In this document: positions 34,301 through 46,369 of the stretch, in pieces | How the letters are laid out: every line of letters begins with the position of its first letter | Numbering within the stretch: position 1 is the first letter of the stretch | Assembly (NCBI GenBank): GCA_001643675.2 | Contig: LSRY02000004.1 | Coordinates: forward strand, 186,001-250,000 | Length of the DNA stretch: 64,000 bases | Direction: 5' to 3' | Source of the DNA: Monocercomonoides exilis PA203 | Lineage: Eukaryota > Protista > Preaxostyla | Program-made: the position numbers and the translations under genes | The notes under the pieces: model-generated | Databases searched by the model: none | What the model was told of the DNA's origin: nothing | Seen by the model: the letters and a program-made list of their open reading frames with translations, nothing else

Positions 34301-37300
34301 TGCAGAGGAGCCACGGGGTCAACCAGCTGGAGCTTCCGAAGCCAGCCTTCTCGACGCTGGAGGAGAGGCAGAGGGAGAGAGAGAAGGAGATAGAGAGGAT
34401 TAAGGAGATGGAGAGGGAGGCGGAGAGGGAGAGGCTGAGGGAACTGGAAAGAGAAAGGGAAAGAGAGAAGGAGAGAGAGAGAGAGAAGGAGATTGAGCTG
34501 CAAAGGATGAGAGAAGAATTAGAAAGAGAGAAAGAGAAGCAGAAAGAGATGGAACAGATGAAAGAGCAAGAAAAGGTGAAGGCAAAAGCGAAAGCCAAAG
34601 CCAAAGAAGAAGAAGCTATTTTGGAGCTGAAACGAGAGATTGAAGAGTTTGGACTGTCAGAAATAACTCTTTCTGCAGCATCGGATGCTTCACAGTCAGG
34701 GAAAGAGGGAGAGAAAGAGAGCAAAAGAGAAAGAGAGAGGGAGAGGGGGAAAGAGAGAGAAAACAAAGAGACTTCAGAAAGTTTACAGGTTGCAAACAAA
34801 TTGAAAGTGGAGCAAGTCAAAACAGCAGAAGAAATTGAGGAAGAGAAGAGGAAAGATGAGAAGGTGCAGAGAGAGTTGTGGAGGCTTTTATCGGGTGGAA
34901 AGCAGAAGAACGAAGGAGCCAAAGCAAAAGCGAAAGATAAAGATAAAGATAAAGAAAAAGCGAAAGGGAAAGACAAAGAAGCCAGACCGAAAACAGGGGA
35001 AAAGGCTACTTCGAAGAAAAAAGGTGTTTCGAAAGCGAAAAGACAGACGAAAAGGGGGAATGCAATTGCAGAAGAAGACGAAGAGGAAGAAGGAGGAATG
35101 GCTTATGAGCGAAACGACGTCGAAAGTGAAGTTCGGGAAGAGAAAGGCAGAGAAGCAGCAATTGAGAGTGTGGCTGTTACACCCAAAAGAGCAGGGAAGA
35201 AGATGCGGTTGATCGACAAGGACGAAGAGGCAGAGAACGAAGAAATCAGAACAGAAAGCGAGTCGAAGCTGACAAGCGATGCAGAAGCGAAAGAGGAAGA
35301 TTACGTTTTGAAAGTGAAGATTGGCAAGAAAGCAGAAGGAGAAGAAGATGAAGATGAAGACGAGGAAGACAAAGAAGACACAATCAGCGAAGATCGCACA
35401 GAAGACGAGATGCAGCCGAAGAGGGCACAGGGAAGCTTGTTTTCGTTGGAGGCAGCAAAAGCGAAGAAAGCGAAGATGGGAGGGAAAGGAGTAGGGAAAG
35501 GGGAGCGCAAGACGAAGAAGTCTTCTCAGCAGAAGGAGAAAAGCGAGAAGTCGATTGTGAGTCCTCAGTTCAGTCTGCTTGGAGAGAGCAAGGCAGGCAG
35601 CAAAGACGGCGAAGGAGAAAGAGAAGGAGTAGGAGACATCGACGAGGAAGAGAGCGACGAAAGCGAAGAGACAGAAGAGAAGACAGAGACACCGTTTTTG
35701 TCGCCAGCACCGTTCTCATCAGGAGAAGAGGATTTGAGTTCAGCTGAGAATGTCAGCAGTGCAGCAGCAAAGATGATGAAAGAAGAATTTGGAGGATTTG
35801 GCTCGCTTGCTGCGAAGAAGACATACAACACGGCAGCAGGTGGGAAGAGGAATGTGAGTGGGATGAGGCTGCTGGAGGACGATGAAGATGAAGAAGAAGA
35901 AGAGAGAGGCACTGGAAAAGAAGGTGATGGATATCGGCTGAGAGCAAAAGAGAACGAATACTCATCGCCTTCATTGGTATCTCTGTTCGCACAGGGGAAG
36001 AAGAAAGCGAGCAAAAGCGGAATTTCGAAGGAGGAAGGCGAAGAGACGAGCACAAAGTTAGCGGGAGATGGCTCCCTTGTGAATGCAGATGGCGAGTTGT
36101 TAGGTGCATCTGAGGAGCGTCGGTCGCACCGCAAGTCAGCCAAGTCAAAGAAGCCGAAGAAGCCGAAGCTGAAAATTGGATATGCAGCAGCACACGCAGA
36201 CGAGCTGAATGAAGAGGCTTTTGCAAATGATGAGGCAGGTTCCGCTGGACAGGCTGGTATGGCTGGGTCTGAGGCGCAAGCTGGGAACAGAGCAAACTCT
36301 GCGATGAAGATGAAGATGAAGATGGCGAAGCTTCTGATGAACGAAACCGACGACAAGGCAAAACTGGCTTCTCTTTTGGGCGAAAGCGATGGAGATATAA
36401 AAGATCTACTTTCTTCGCCCAACCAGGAAGAAGCTGAACTTGGCGAAGAGGTTGGTGATCGACTGAAAGAAGGCAGAATGGGAGTGGAAAAGACATACGG
36501 CAAAAGCAAGAAAGAGAAGAAGAAGAAAGGCAAAGCAAGCAAGTTAGAAAAGGAAATAGACGAAAACGGAGAGAAAATCCGGCCGAAGAAGTACAAAAAG
36601 AACAAGCAGAAGCAGACTGAGGAAGAAGGGCAAGACGAGGAGTTTGTAGGAGGCGACGACGAATACGCCGAACTGCTGCAGATGAGAGCATCGAAGCACA
36701 GGCAGACGCGACAAGGCACTTCGAAGCGGTTGCACAGAAGTCCATCTTCCAAATTGAGTGACGACGAAGGCAAAAGAGATGGCGACAGGCACAGCAGAGA
36801 AGCCTCAGACGAGCCAGCATACGACGACGGCAGCACAAAAGCAGAGTCTGACGAGAACGGAAGAGAAGCCTACGAAGACGGCGAAGAGCTGACAGACAGC
36901 GATGCTCTGCTCAGCCAAGCACAGCGCCTCAGACAGCAGAGGATTCTTCACTCGCTCCAGCGGTCGTCTTCTTCAGCTGCGGCATCAGCTTTGAGCAGCA
37001 AGGCATTGAAGAAGGGGAGCAAAGCATCAAAGACGAAGAAGAAGCGGCAGAAAGAAGGCGATTGGGAAGGAAGCGCAGAGTGGAATGCGAACGAAGGAGA
37101 ATCGTCTTCTTCTCAATCTTCTGCGTCGCAGCTTTTGGAACAGGCAGGTCTGATGAACGAAGACGAGATGGGACATCCACTCGACAAAGAGAGCCAGCTG
37201 CTGTCTGTGGACTTCCAAGAGATGGAAGGAAATGCAACACGGGGGATTATGCACTTTATGATGGCGTTTATTCAAAGTCTGCTGGCAAAGCTGAAGAGGT

Positions 37301-40300
37301 ACACAGGAATAGGTGAGGTGGAAAGACATTGGATGGCTGAGATGGAGGCAGAGATGGCAAATGAGATGCACAGAGAAAGGCTGACATATCACATTCGATC
37401 ACAGTTAAGCAAACTGAAGAAGAGAAAAGAGAGGAGAAGGAGAGTGTTGGAAAAAAGAGAAAAGGAAAAAGAGAAAGAGAAGGAAGTTGAGAAAGAGGCA
37501 GAAAAAGAGAAAGAGACAGAAAAAGATGGAGAAAAAGAAGCAGAAAAAGAAGCAGAAAAAAGAGACGAAGGAAAGATGCAGGAAGATCAGATTGAAAGTG
37601 CCACGACTTCAAAAGAGACGCAAGAAAAGGAACAATCAGATGAAACGAACGGACAATCAGATCAAAATATCGGAATGGACATTGTGAAGGAAGCAATCTC
37701 TGAGAAGGAGGAGAAAGAGAAAGAGAAAGAGTGTGAGAATATTTCAATGCAAGTTGAACCTGACACGCAAACAAACGAAAGCAAACATTTGACACGATCA
37801 GATAAAATGGATGTGCTGAATTCATCAGAAGAAGAGAAACAACCACAAACATCTCAGATCCCTTCAATCAGTTCACCTGCTGCACAAGTTCAGGATTCTC
37901 GAGCAACAACTTCAACGAGCAGCGCTTCTTCTCTTCAGCCATCAATTTTGCCTGAAAAGGCATCTGCAGCAGAGGAACCTGAAAGCGATGCTGCACTTGA
38001 CAAATCCGAAATGGATGAAACTTCTTCTGCTGACTCGTATGCAGACGAAGAAGAGAGGCGCTTTGCCAAAGCAGCACTGGCATTGCGGGCGAAGGATGTG
38101 AACATCCCGCCCGAAGACATCTTTGGAAGTGCGCACGAAGGAAGCGAGAGGAATCCAAGGAGAGGCTCTGCTGCAGCTGCCGCTGCAATTGGAGCACTCC
38201 AATCGCCTCTGACGGGATCGTCGTCTGGAAACCTTGCTTCGGGTTCTTCTCTTCCTTTGTCCTCCTCCTCTTCATCAGCTGCATCGCTGGGTCATTCTGT
38301 TTATTCACACATGGGAGATGGCATCCATCTGTACGGGTTCAAAGACAAAGACAGGGACTTCCTCGAACACTCGCAGGAGAAGCATATTTTGTGGAGGGTG
38401 CTGGAAAGCAGCGAGGATGGAGGGGAAAATGGAGAGTTTGGGTTCTTTTCAACAGGAGTTGGGAAGACGCTGCTGAGAGGGATGCGAATGAACAAGAAGA
38501 TTATGACGATGGTGGAGCGTGTGCTGATCAAGAACGAGAAGCTGATACGCTCTCTTGGCGGATGGAGGCAGGCAAATCATCGAAAGGATATGATGAAGGC
38601 AGAAGAGCCAACCATTCACGCAGTAGAAAGTGTGTCTGCAGAGACTGCTTCGACTGCTGCAAAAGCAGAGGAGCAGATTTCAGCTGTCATATCACCCTCG
38701 TCCATCACCTCCACCATTTCTGGATGTTCTGTTTCTCTCCCGGCAACAGTGAAAGTGAATGACGGAGTGGAAACTCTGTTAAACACATTCAGCGAAGCAC
38801 TGGTTAGGCATCCGTTCAGCACACTGCCTCACTTCTCAGTTCAGCGCGACTCGTGTCTTTCCCTTGGCGAGTTTGTGGATGAGCTGAAGAACCTCTCAAA
38901 TGTCAAGTCAACAGAACTGCAGCTGCTTCTCAGTGATGGCATTCCGGTACCTAAAAATCAGATCCAGAATGAAGAAAATGGAGAATCATCAAAAGCAAAT
39001 GCGAACACTGAAAATGGGGCAGATAAACAAGCTGAAACAGAAGCCGGAGCCGATGAAACACAAAAACAAGCAACACATTCAGGTGATTTGCATGGCGAAT
39101 GTTGTGTTGATGGAGCATGGCAGCTGAGCGAGGAGCAGAGTTTGGGGATGTACGGGTGGACACGCACAGTTGTTGGACACGACACGATGTCTGAAGGAGA
39201 AGAGCAGAAAGTTGTGTTTCCATATGTGATGGTTGTTGACGATGGATGCTCTTTCAAGCAGAGCTATTTGACTGTTCTGGATGAAGAGAGGAATTCAAAT
39301 GAACTGGGACCAAAGAGGCATTTTGGATTTAAGCAATGTGCAGAAGAGCAATTAAACGGATCATCAAGCAAAATACCAGCACATTCACAGCTGCATCATT
39401 TGTTGAGTGAGCGAGAGAAAAGGAAAAGGCAAAAGATTGAATCAGAAAATTCAGGAGCAAATTGCGATCTGTCTGCAAATGTGAATCAACTTGACATTGA
39501 AAGAGCAAACATAACTTCATTCGATTCCAACAGAGTAAATGAAGCAGAAACAGATGCCATGTCTGTTGAAAAGCTGACTGATGCACAGCTCGAAGAAGCC
39601 CATCAACGCCAGATGTTGAACCGTTTCCTCAGCAAATCGTGTCAGCGTACTCGGATTCTGTTCAATGAGCACACTCGACGATTCATTCTCTCTCACAAGT
39701 TCAAAAACTCTCCACTTGCACCTCCTCCCTCTCCACAGATCAGACTTACACCTTATTTGGAGTATCCTCCACAGCCCTCTCTTCCTACTCAGACACAGAT
39801 CGCACAAACAACTCATCTTTCATCTGAAACACAATCATCTGATCAAATTCAAACATCCTCTTCACCTTCCTCTTCTTCTGCTTCAATCAATTCACCTTCT
39901 ATTCCTACAATTCATCCTCATTTGGCTCGTCCACTGTCTGTTGTTTATCTTCGACCATCCACTGCTGTATTCCTTCAGCCTCAGCTGCAGTTGGCTACTC
40001 TTTTAGCTGCTGTTGCTTCAACATCATCTTCTTCTTCTTCTTCTTCTTCACTCACCAAAACACACGATTCATCAAACAACACTTCCACAACCATTTCACC
40101 TCCTAACAATTCCAACCCTTTTGCTATCTATTCCTCTCCTGCCATCCCAACTCCTCTCTCTCCCGCTGCACTGATTCAGTCCAAACAGCCAGACGCATCT
40201 TCTGTCATCGAACGAATGGGCCACCGCGAGAAGCGACTGCGTCTCGACCGGAGCGGCATCCACTGGTGGGGCCTGTTTGCTGAAGAGCCCATTGAGCCAG

Positions 40301-40659
40301 ACGAGTTCGTGATGGAGTATGTGGGAGAGGTCATACGCAACAGTGTGTCTGAGCAGCGGGACGCGATATACACGAAAGAAGGCGAAGGCAGCTCGTACAT
40401 GTTCAGAACAGACGACTTTAATGTTGTCGATGCCACAAAAGGAGGCAACAGAGCACGGTTCATCAACCACAGCTGCGACCCCAACTGCAAGGCTGATTTC
40501 TACAAGGACAATGAAGTCATCAAGGTTGTGATATCTGCACAAAAGCACATATCCGTTGGAGAAGAGCTAACTTACGACTATAAATTCAACGATGAAATTG
40601 AAGAAGTCAAGATTCCGTGCCTTTGTGGTGCTAAAAATTGCAGACACTTCCTCAATTAG
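31361..40659 (+). CDS. SET1: Set1/MLL-type histone H3K4 methyltransferase, ~3050 aa (exon 1 31361-31424, exon 2 31556-40659)
   Basis: C-terminal SET domain (RSGIHWWGLFA, EYVGEVIR, YMFR, DATKGGNRARFINHSCDPNC, EELTYDYKF) and post-SET IPCLCGAKNCRHFLN*. The upstream exon splices in frame. Confidence 0.9.
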
Positions 40660-40899
40660 TCTCATTTCATTTCTTTTTATCTTATCATTTCAAATATTAA
40701 TATGTTTAAATAAGATATAGATTATTTCGTGAAATAAATTTTTGCTAATTCATTTCGTTGCACTTTCTTGCTTTAACTATTCTTTTAAAAAAGAAATGCA
40801 TAAAAAACAACACATTTTGATCAGAAAAAAATAGAAAAGAAAAAAGGTATTCAGGAATATTTTTTGTGTAGTGAAGAGAAGTGTAGCATAAAGGGAAGC

Positions 40900-41729
40900 T
40901 TAATATCTTCCTCTTCCCCCGCTTCCAAATCCACCTCTTCCTCCTCCCCTTCCTCCTCCGAATCCACCTCTTCCTCCTCCACTTCCACCTCTTCCTCCAC
41001 GTCCTCCTCCTCTTCCTCCTCCAAAGCCTCCTCTCCCTCCTCTCCCTCCTCCTCTCCCTCCTCCTCTTCCACCTCCTCTTCCTCCACCTCTTCCTCCACG
41101 TCCTCCACCACTATAATTATTATTATTTAAAAAAAAATACATCAATTAATAATGAGAAAGATTCTATTTTAAAGAAAAATCATACCCAGGTTTTGCGAAG
41201 AATGATGCTTTTTCTTTCATTTTATCACCTGCAATAAAAAGTTTATCTCCTGCTTTGAAAGAAGATGCATTAACTCCCTGATCTGGCTTGACAGAAAAAT
41301 ACTATTATTAAAGTTAAATTTACAGCATTTAAAAATGAAATTAATTAAAATAATTGTAATTTTTATAAAATTCAAATAAACGCAAACAACTTCGGTCATT
41401 GGGCCCAAAACTTCATCGACTTTGCCAATTTGGGCTTTTTGATTGTTGAAAATAAACGCATTCGTGAATGGAACTTTGTCATTTGTCACTTTACAAACTA
41501 AATCTCCTTCACATGGATGAACAAATTCACCGATCTCTGCAGAATCAGATAAGATCAAAATTTTTAAAGTTATTTAAAAATATTCATTTGATGTCACACC
41601 TACAATTTCTGCTGGTGGTCCTGATTCCCCAGCGAAACGGCTACCAAAACCTCCTCCACCTCTGCCTCCTCTAAAACCTCCGCCATTTCCCCCACGTCCG
41701 CGAAATGAGCCTCCTCTTCCTTGAGACAT
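40900..41729 (-). CDS. GAR1: H/ACA snoRNP subunit GAR1, 4 exons
   Basis: N- and C-terminal RGG boxes flank the core GPPAEIVEIGEFVHPCEGDLVCK...KVPFTNA...IGKVDEVLGP...YFSVKPDQG. Confidence 0.97.
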
Positions 41730-41956
41730 TTTTTCAGATAATGTATGGGTATTCTCTAGATCAAAACCATTAATACTTTTAAGTGAAATTTTGAGTTATT
41801 TGGGTGAACAATTTTTTCATATTAATGGTTAGCATTGCTGTACTGGCATTATGAATCCAATGTCAACATTTTTTTAAAAATAAACTTGAATCACGTGAAC
41901 TGAATAATTTTCAAAGCAAAAATAATTTGGCTAATTCATCTTGGTATATGTCTCAT

Positions 41957-43362
41957 TCACTTTGTGACATTCAAGCAATTGATGAAGCTTGTGCGTATAT
42001 CATTTTGCGTTATCCATTTATAAGGTTTCAGGAAGCACATTAAAATGTCTTCAAGTCCTTCTTCCTCAAACCTTTCAAAAAATTCAATTTTTGTCACCTT
42101 CCATTTTGATCGATCACTTTCATTTTTCAACCTTCCATTCAGTTTTTTCAAAAGTTCGTCAAAGAAATCAAGACAAAGTCGACTCAATTCCTTGTAATAT
42201 GTTGACCGTTTTAATAACTCAAAAAGGAAATCAATTGCTCCTCCTTTTATCAAACAACTTAAGGGAAAAGACGATGATTCCAACAAGCATAAAATGATAT
42301 TGATGCAAGCACGGAATATTTCTATTTGATAATATAATGCATCAAAGCAAATGCTGGATACGCATGAAACAAGCTCAATGCTTTCTTCTTCTTCAATTTC
42401 ACATCTACAACAAAATGAAGCAAGAGCATTGCACCATCCCAGCATTGTAAACTCATGCTTTTTTTCTTTTTCTCCTTTCTCCTTTTCTCCCCACCTAACA
42501 TATTTTCTCAACTCTTTCAATTCTCTTGTTGCCTCTTTTATGAAATGATGCTCGTATGCCATGGAACAATCCGATTCTCTTTTATCCTTATGTTTATCAA
42601 TGAAAAACATCCAAGCAGTTTGGTAGGCCAGACGAGTGAGGTTGTGATGTTGTTGATGATATTCGATAATTTCCTTAATTTTGTTGAAAAAATGAGGCTT
42701 TGTCAAAATTATTATAAATAACAATTATCTTTATAATGAAGTTCAAATGAAAACAACTCAACTTCGATACCTCATGAATACGGATTCTGTTCAAAGCAAT
42801 TAAAGATATTTCCACATTTTCTTGGGTTTCCTCTCTTTCGTTTTGATCCATCGCAACTTTCAGAAGACAAGGTAAACATATGGATAGAAAATCCTTTTCA
42901 GGTGTATAATAAATTAGATAATCGCACAACATTAGGCAACATTCACAGAGATCAACGAGTAACTTTTCGTTTCCTTCTTCTTTTTCTTTCTTTTTCACAT
43001 TAAAAATCATCTTCTCAAATCTTTTGCACAACGAAGAATTATTAAAGCATTGAAGAAAAATTCTTCTCTGCACTTTTTGATATGCACTTCTCTTTAATAA
43101 TAAAATTGCAAATTCAATTGGCATTTTCTTTTCTTCAATCATTTTATCAATTACATTGAACACTTTTCTTGTTAAGATGGTTTTCACTTCTTCATTGTTC
43201 ATCACTTTTAACGTGTTGCTCATTTCTTCAATTATCAATTTTTGTTCATTTACTGTACAATAAGCCAATTTTAATAATAATCCTCAATAGCAAAAGCAGT
43301 TAATGAAGAATAGAAAATGAAAAATCTCCATATATACCAGAAAATTTATCAACAAGAGACAT
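41957..43362 (-). CDS. Member of an expanded lineage-specific helical-repeat protein family typical of Monocercomonoides, 3 exons
   Basis: Family-type motifs EQKLIIEEM, IDKMIEEKK, NEKLLVDLCEC, ICLPCLLKVA, EIIEYHQQHHNLTRLAYQTAW and EEEGLED, recognised from memory. Two ORF-track pieces are joined by an intron near 42.7 kb. Confidence 0.75.
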
Positions 43363-44335
43363 CTGCAAAAAGGCAATAAAAGTATTTATTTCAAAAAAAG
43401 ATGGAAAGAAAAAGGGAAATGGAATATTTTGTTCATATTCAAATGCGAATTGAAAAGTTATAAACAGTGTGAAACATTTAAATAACTTTTTTATGTACAA
43501 TTACAAAAAACAATAAAAGATGGATCATAAATTTTATTATGGAACGAAATATTTAATTTTTATTCTTCATTTGTTTGTTTTTGTGTTCAAAAAGAGAATT
43601 GAGTTTCTTTTTTTTTTGAAATTGATATTCTTTCTTTCAAAAAGATATTTTCATTCATCAAAGAACTGAAAATAATGAACTCTTTGAGAATTTTTTTAAA
43701 TAAAAATGAAGACTGTTCACAATTTTGACTTCATGTGTTTATCAATTCTCAAATAATCCTTGAATTTATGTTTCGTTTCTTTTGAAAATATATTAACTTC
43801 TCTCAGCCTCATTTTGAAAAATTATCACAATTTTTTTGTATTTCCTCAGATTAACTGATATCAAAGATGGATGGACAATAAACAGAGACATTTAATTTTA
43901 ATATCAAAAATTATTTGAAAAGTTACTTTATTTTTATTTTCAGGTGAAAATGAAAACTTGATTTTACAGATATCGCGCAAAATACCGGACAAGATCGATT
44001 TCACAATAACTGCAAGAGGAACAGTTCTGACAATTTTCCTCAAAATACACCTCATCAATACAAATTCATTTGATAAACTAAACCTTCAAAACAGATTCAT
44101 TTGTGCTCAGAGAAAATTATTTTTAAACCTTGGAGAAACTCAAAGTCCTATTTCTCCTTGATTACAATCATTATTTTTCTCTGAGCACAAATGAAGCTGT
44201 TTTGAAAGTCTTGTATCTCAAATGAGTTTGTATTGATGAGGTGTATTTTGAGGAAAATTTGCAGAATTTTTCCTTTTGCGGTTGTTGTGAAATCCATCTT
44301 GTCCGGTATTTTGTGCGATGTCCAGTTTTTTATTG

Positions 44336-45675
44336 GGCAAGTGGAGTAGATCCTGGTACCAAATGATCATGTCCCAAAATTTTTTAAACAATATTCAAAA
44401 TATTTTCCATTTAAGCAACTCAGATGGCTCAACATCAGCAAGTCACGATTATGACCAAAATAAGTATTCCACAATTTCTGAAAATGTTTCCAAACGAAAA
44501 AGAAACATTGGAATGGTTGTTTTAGTCTGGGAAAATGGATTCTTTTTGAAAATGTCCTGATGATGGTTCCAATGTGTATGTATTGAAAGTGGATGAAATT
44601 CTTAGTCGATTTAAATGTTCATTTTGCAAGAAACGATGGTCCATCCGAAAAAACACAGTTTTTGAAGATTCAAAGTTGAAAAGAAATCATATCATATTGA
44701 TTCTATTAAGTTATTGGTGCCATTTGGAGGTTCATCAAACGTCTTTGATGTATGGAATAGATAGGTATAGTGTAACATTTTATTATTCAGCAATAAGAAG
44801 GACATTATCTACTATCTTTCTCCGAAATCAGCAACCAATTGGGGGAATTGGCGAGGTTGTTGAAATTGACGAATCATTTTGGCGCAGAAGAAAATATAAT
44901 CGAGGTTTCATGATGATTTTATAAAATTTTTTGTTAATTTTTTTTTCTAATTATTAGGGAAACAAAAAAAGTCGATTTGGCTGTTTGGCGCGATTGAAAG
45001 AAAAAAGACCGATGGAAAACACAGAATGGTTGCTCATTTTGTTAAAAATAGAACAAAAAATATTCTCATTCCACTCATTTGTTCTATAATTAAACCTGGA
45101 ACAACAATTGTTTCTGATGACTGGAGCGCATACAGAACACTGAACCAATTTGGCTTCATTCATTTGGTTGTTAATCATTCTGAAGGATACAAAAATGAAG
45201 ATGGTGAAACAACAAATTTAATGAAAGGAGCGTGGTCACACCTTCGCCGTTCTATGCCGAAAACCGGAGCGCGATACCAAGACTTAGAGGAATATATTTG
45301 GTCTTCAATATATATGAGACATTATGAAATATCTTTTGATCAACTTATCAGCAACTTTTTAAAATATCGAAAATCAGAAGACATGGAAGAAATAGAAAAT
45401 TACACAAACCTGGAAGAATCAGAAGATGATACAGTTTCAATGGAATCAGACACCGATGAAAGTACAATAACAATGCAATCTGATTCTCCAAGTGTAAGCG
45501 ATGGCGAAAATTCAACCGAATGGACGGAATCAATTGAATAGTTTTCCCGTTCAATCTTTTTTAACATTTCGAACATAAATTAGTGAAAAAAGAACAAAAA
45601 CTATTAAAATCAACACTTTTTTATTTTTCATTATGGGAAATGATCAAATTGGTACCAGGATCCACTCCACTTGCC
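44336..45675 (+). mobile_element. Full-length Merlin (IS1016-like) DNA transposon, 1340 bp
   Basis: ~45-bp TIRs start with GG (ggcaagtggagtagatcctggtaccaa at 44336; ttggtaccaggatccactccacttgcc ending 45675). The flanking 8-mers ttttattg and ttttattc give a 7/8 TSD. A transposase lies inside. Confidence 0.95.
44424..45541 (+). pseudogene. Merlin transposase with one intron (44905-44957), probably inactive
   Basis: Zn-ribbon KCPDD...FKCSFC, PIGGIGEVVEIDES, YNR|GKQKKSIWLFGAIER, PGTTIVSDDWSAY, VNHS and TNLMKGAW. In-frame TAG (44523) and TGA (44547); the third catalytic E appears as K. Confidence 0.9.
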
Positions 45676-46314
45676 TTTTATTCGATAACTGTATATCCGT
45701 TTGTGAATATGTTCGATACGACATTACACAGGATAAAATAAATATTAATTTTGAAATAATTAATTATGGGTCGATTTTTTTAATTTTTGAAAATTCTTCA
45801 TCAAAACGCATTTTTCACTTGAGAAATTAATTTTTTATCATAAATAAACATTTTTTAAAATTTATTTGAGCACATTTTTGAAAAAGCGAAAAATTGAAAT
45901 TTTTGATCAAAAAATCGATTTTTCATAGAAAAAATCACACATAATGAAACAAAATGTGATAACATTTTTTTAGCCTTGTGATTATATGCGATGGAAAATG
46001 AATGACAAGCATGCAAAAAATGTCGGTGCATCGAAAAATGTGACAAAAAATGAAGTTGATTACATTCGATGTGATTATATCCGGTTTTGACTTTAATTAT
46101 TTGGGGCAAAATCTTTTTCTTCAGGCATTTTCATAGAAAAATTATTCACTTTTCGTTGAATTATTGAGAACAAAAAACATTATTGAAATGGGTACATTTT
46201 TTGACCTTCGTGAAATGTTGGAAAACTTTATGTTTTGATTTCAATGATGCCTGTTTTCGGGAATGAAAATCAAATTTATTTTGAAATCTGGTTAAGTTTT
46301 AAAATGTTATGAGT

Positions 46315-46319
<5 letters not shown>

Positions 46320-46365
<46 letters not shown>
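46320..46365. repeat. Poly-T tract (46 nt)
   Basis: Uninterrupted T run followed by aatt. Confidence 0.97.

Positions 46366-46369
<4 letters not shown>

Larger units (their letters stand above)
43967..45691. mobile_element. Foldback/MITE family A, copy 3 (inverted relative to copies 1 and 2; TA-flanked; interrupted by Merlin)
   Basis: TA|cagatatcgcgcaaaataccggac...gtccggtattttgtgcgatgtccagtt[Merlin]ttttattcgataactg|TA. The centre gagaaactcaaagtcc is the reverse complement of the copy 1 centre. Confidence 0.88.

Noticed and set aside
33819-37867. Long antisense ORFs (385, 423 and 361 aa) opposite SET1, and similar ones opposite CK1 and eIF4G
   Set aside because: They are shadow frames of purine-rich Glu/Lys/Arg or Ser-rich coding sequence, give F/S/L-rich nonsense, and carry no motifs.
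44523-44549. In-frame TAG in the transposase as evidence for TAR=Gln recoding, known in some oxymonads
   Set aside because: An in-frame TGA lies nearby. Conserved genes here end in TAA, TAG and TGA and contain no internal TAR, so this is pseudogene decay.
45890-46140. Short repeated words (tgtgattatat, ttttcatagaaaa, aaaatgtga)
   Set aside because: Too short and AT-rich to define an element; there is no consistent period or terminal structure.
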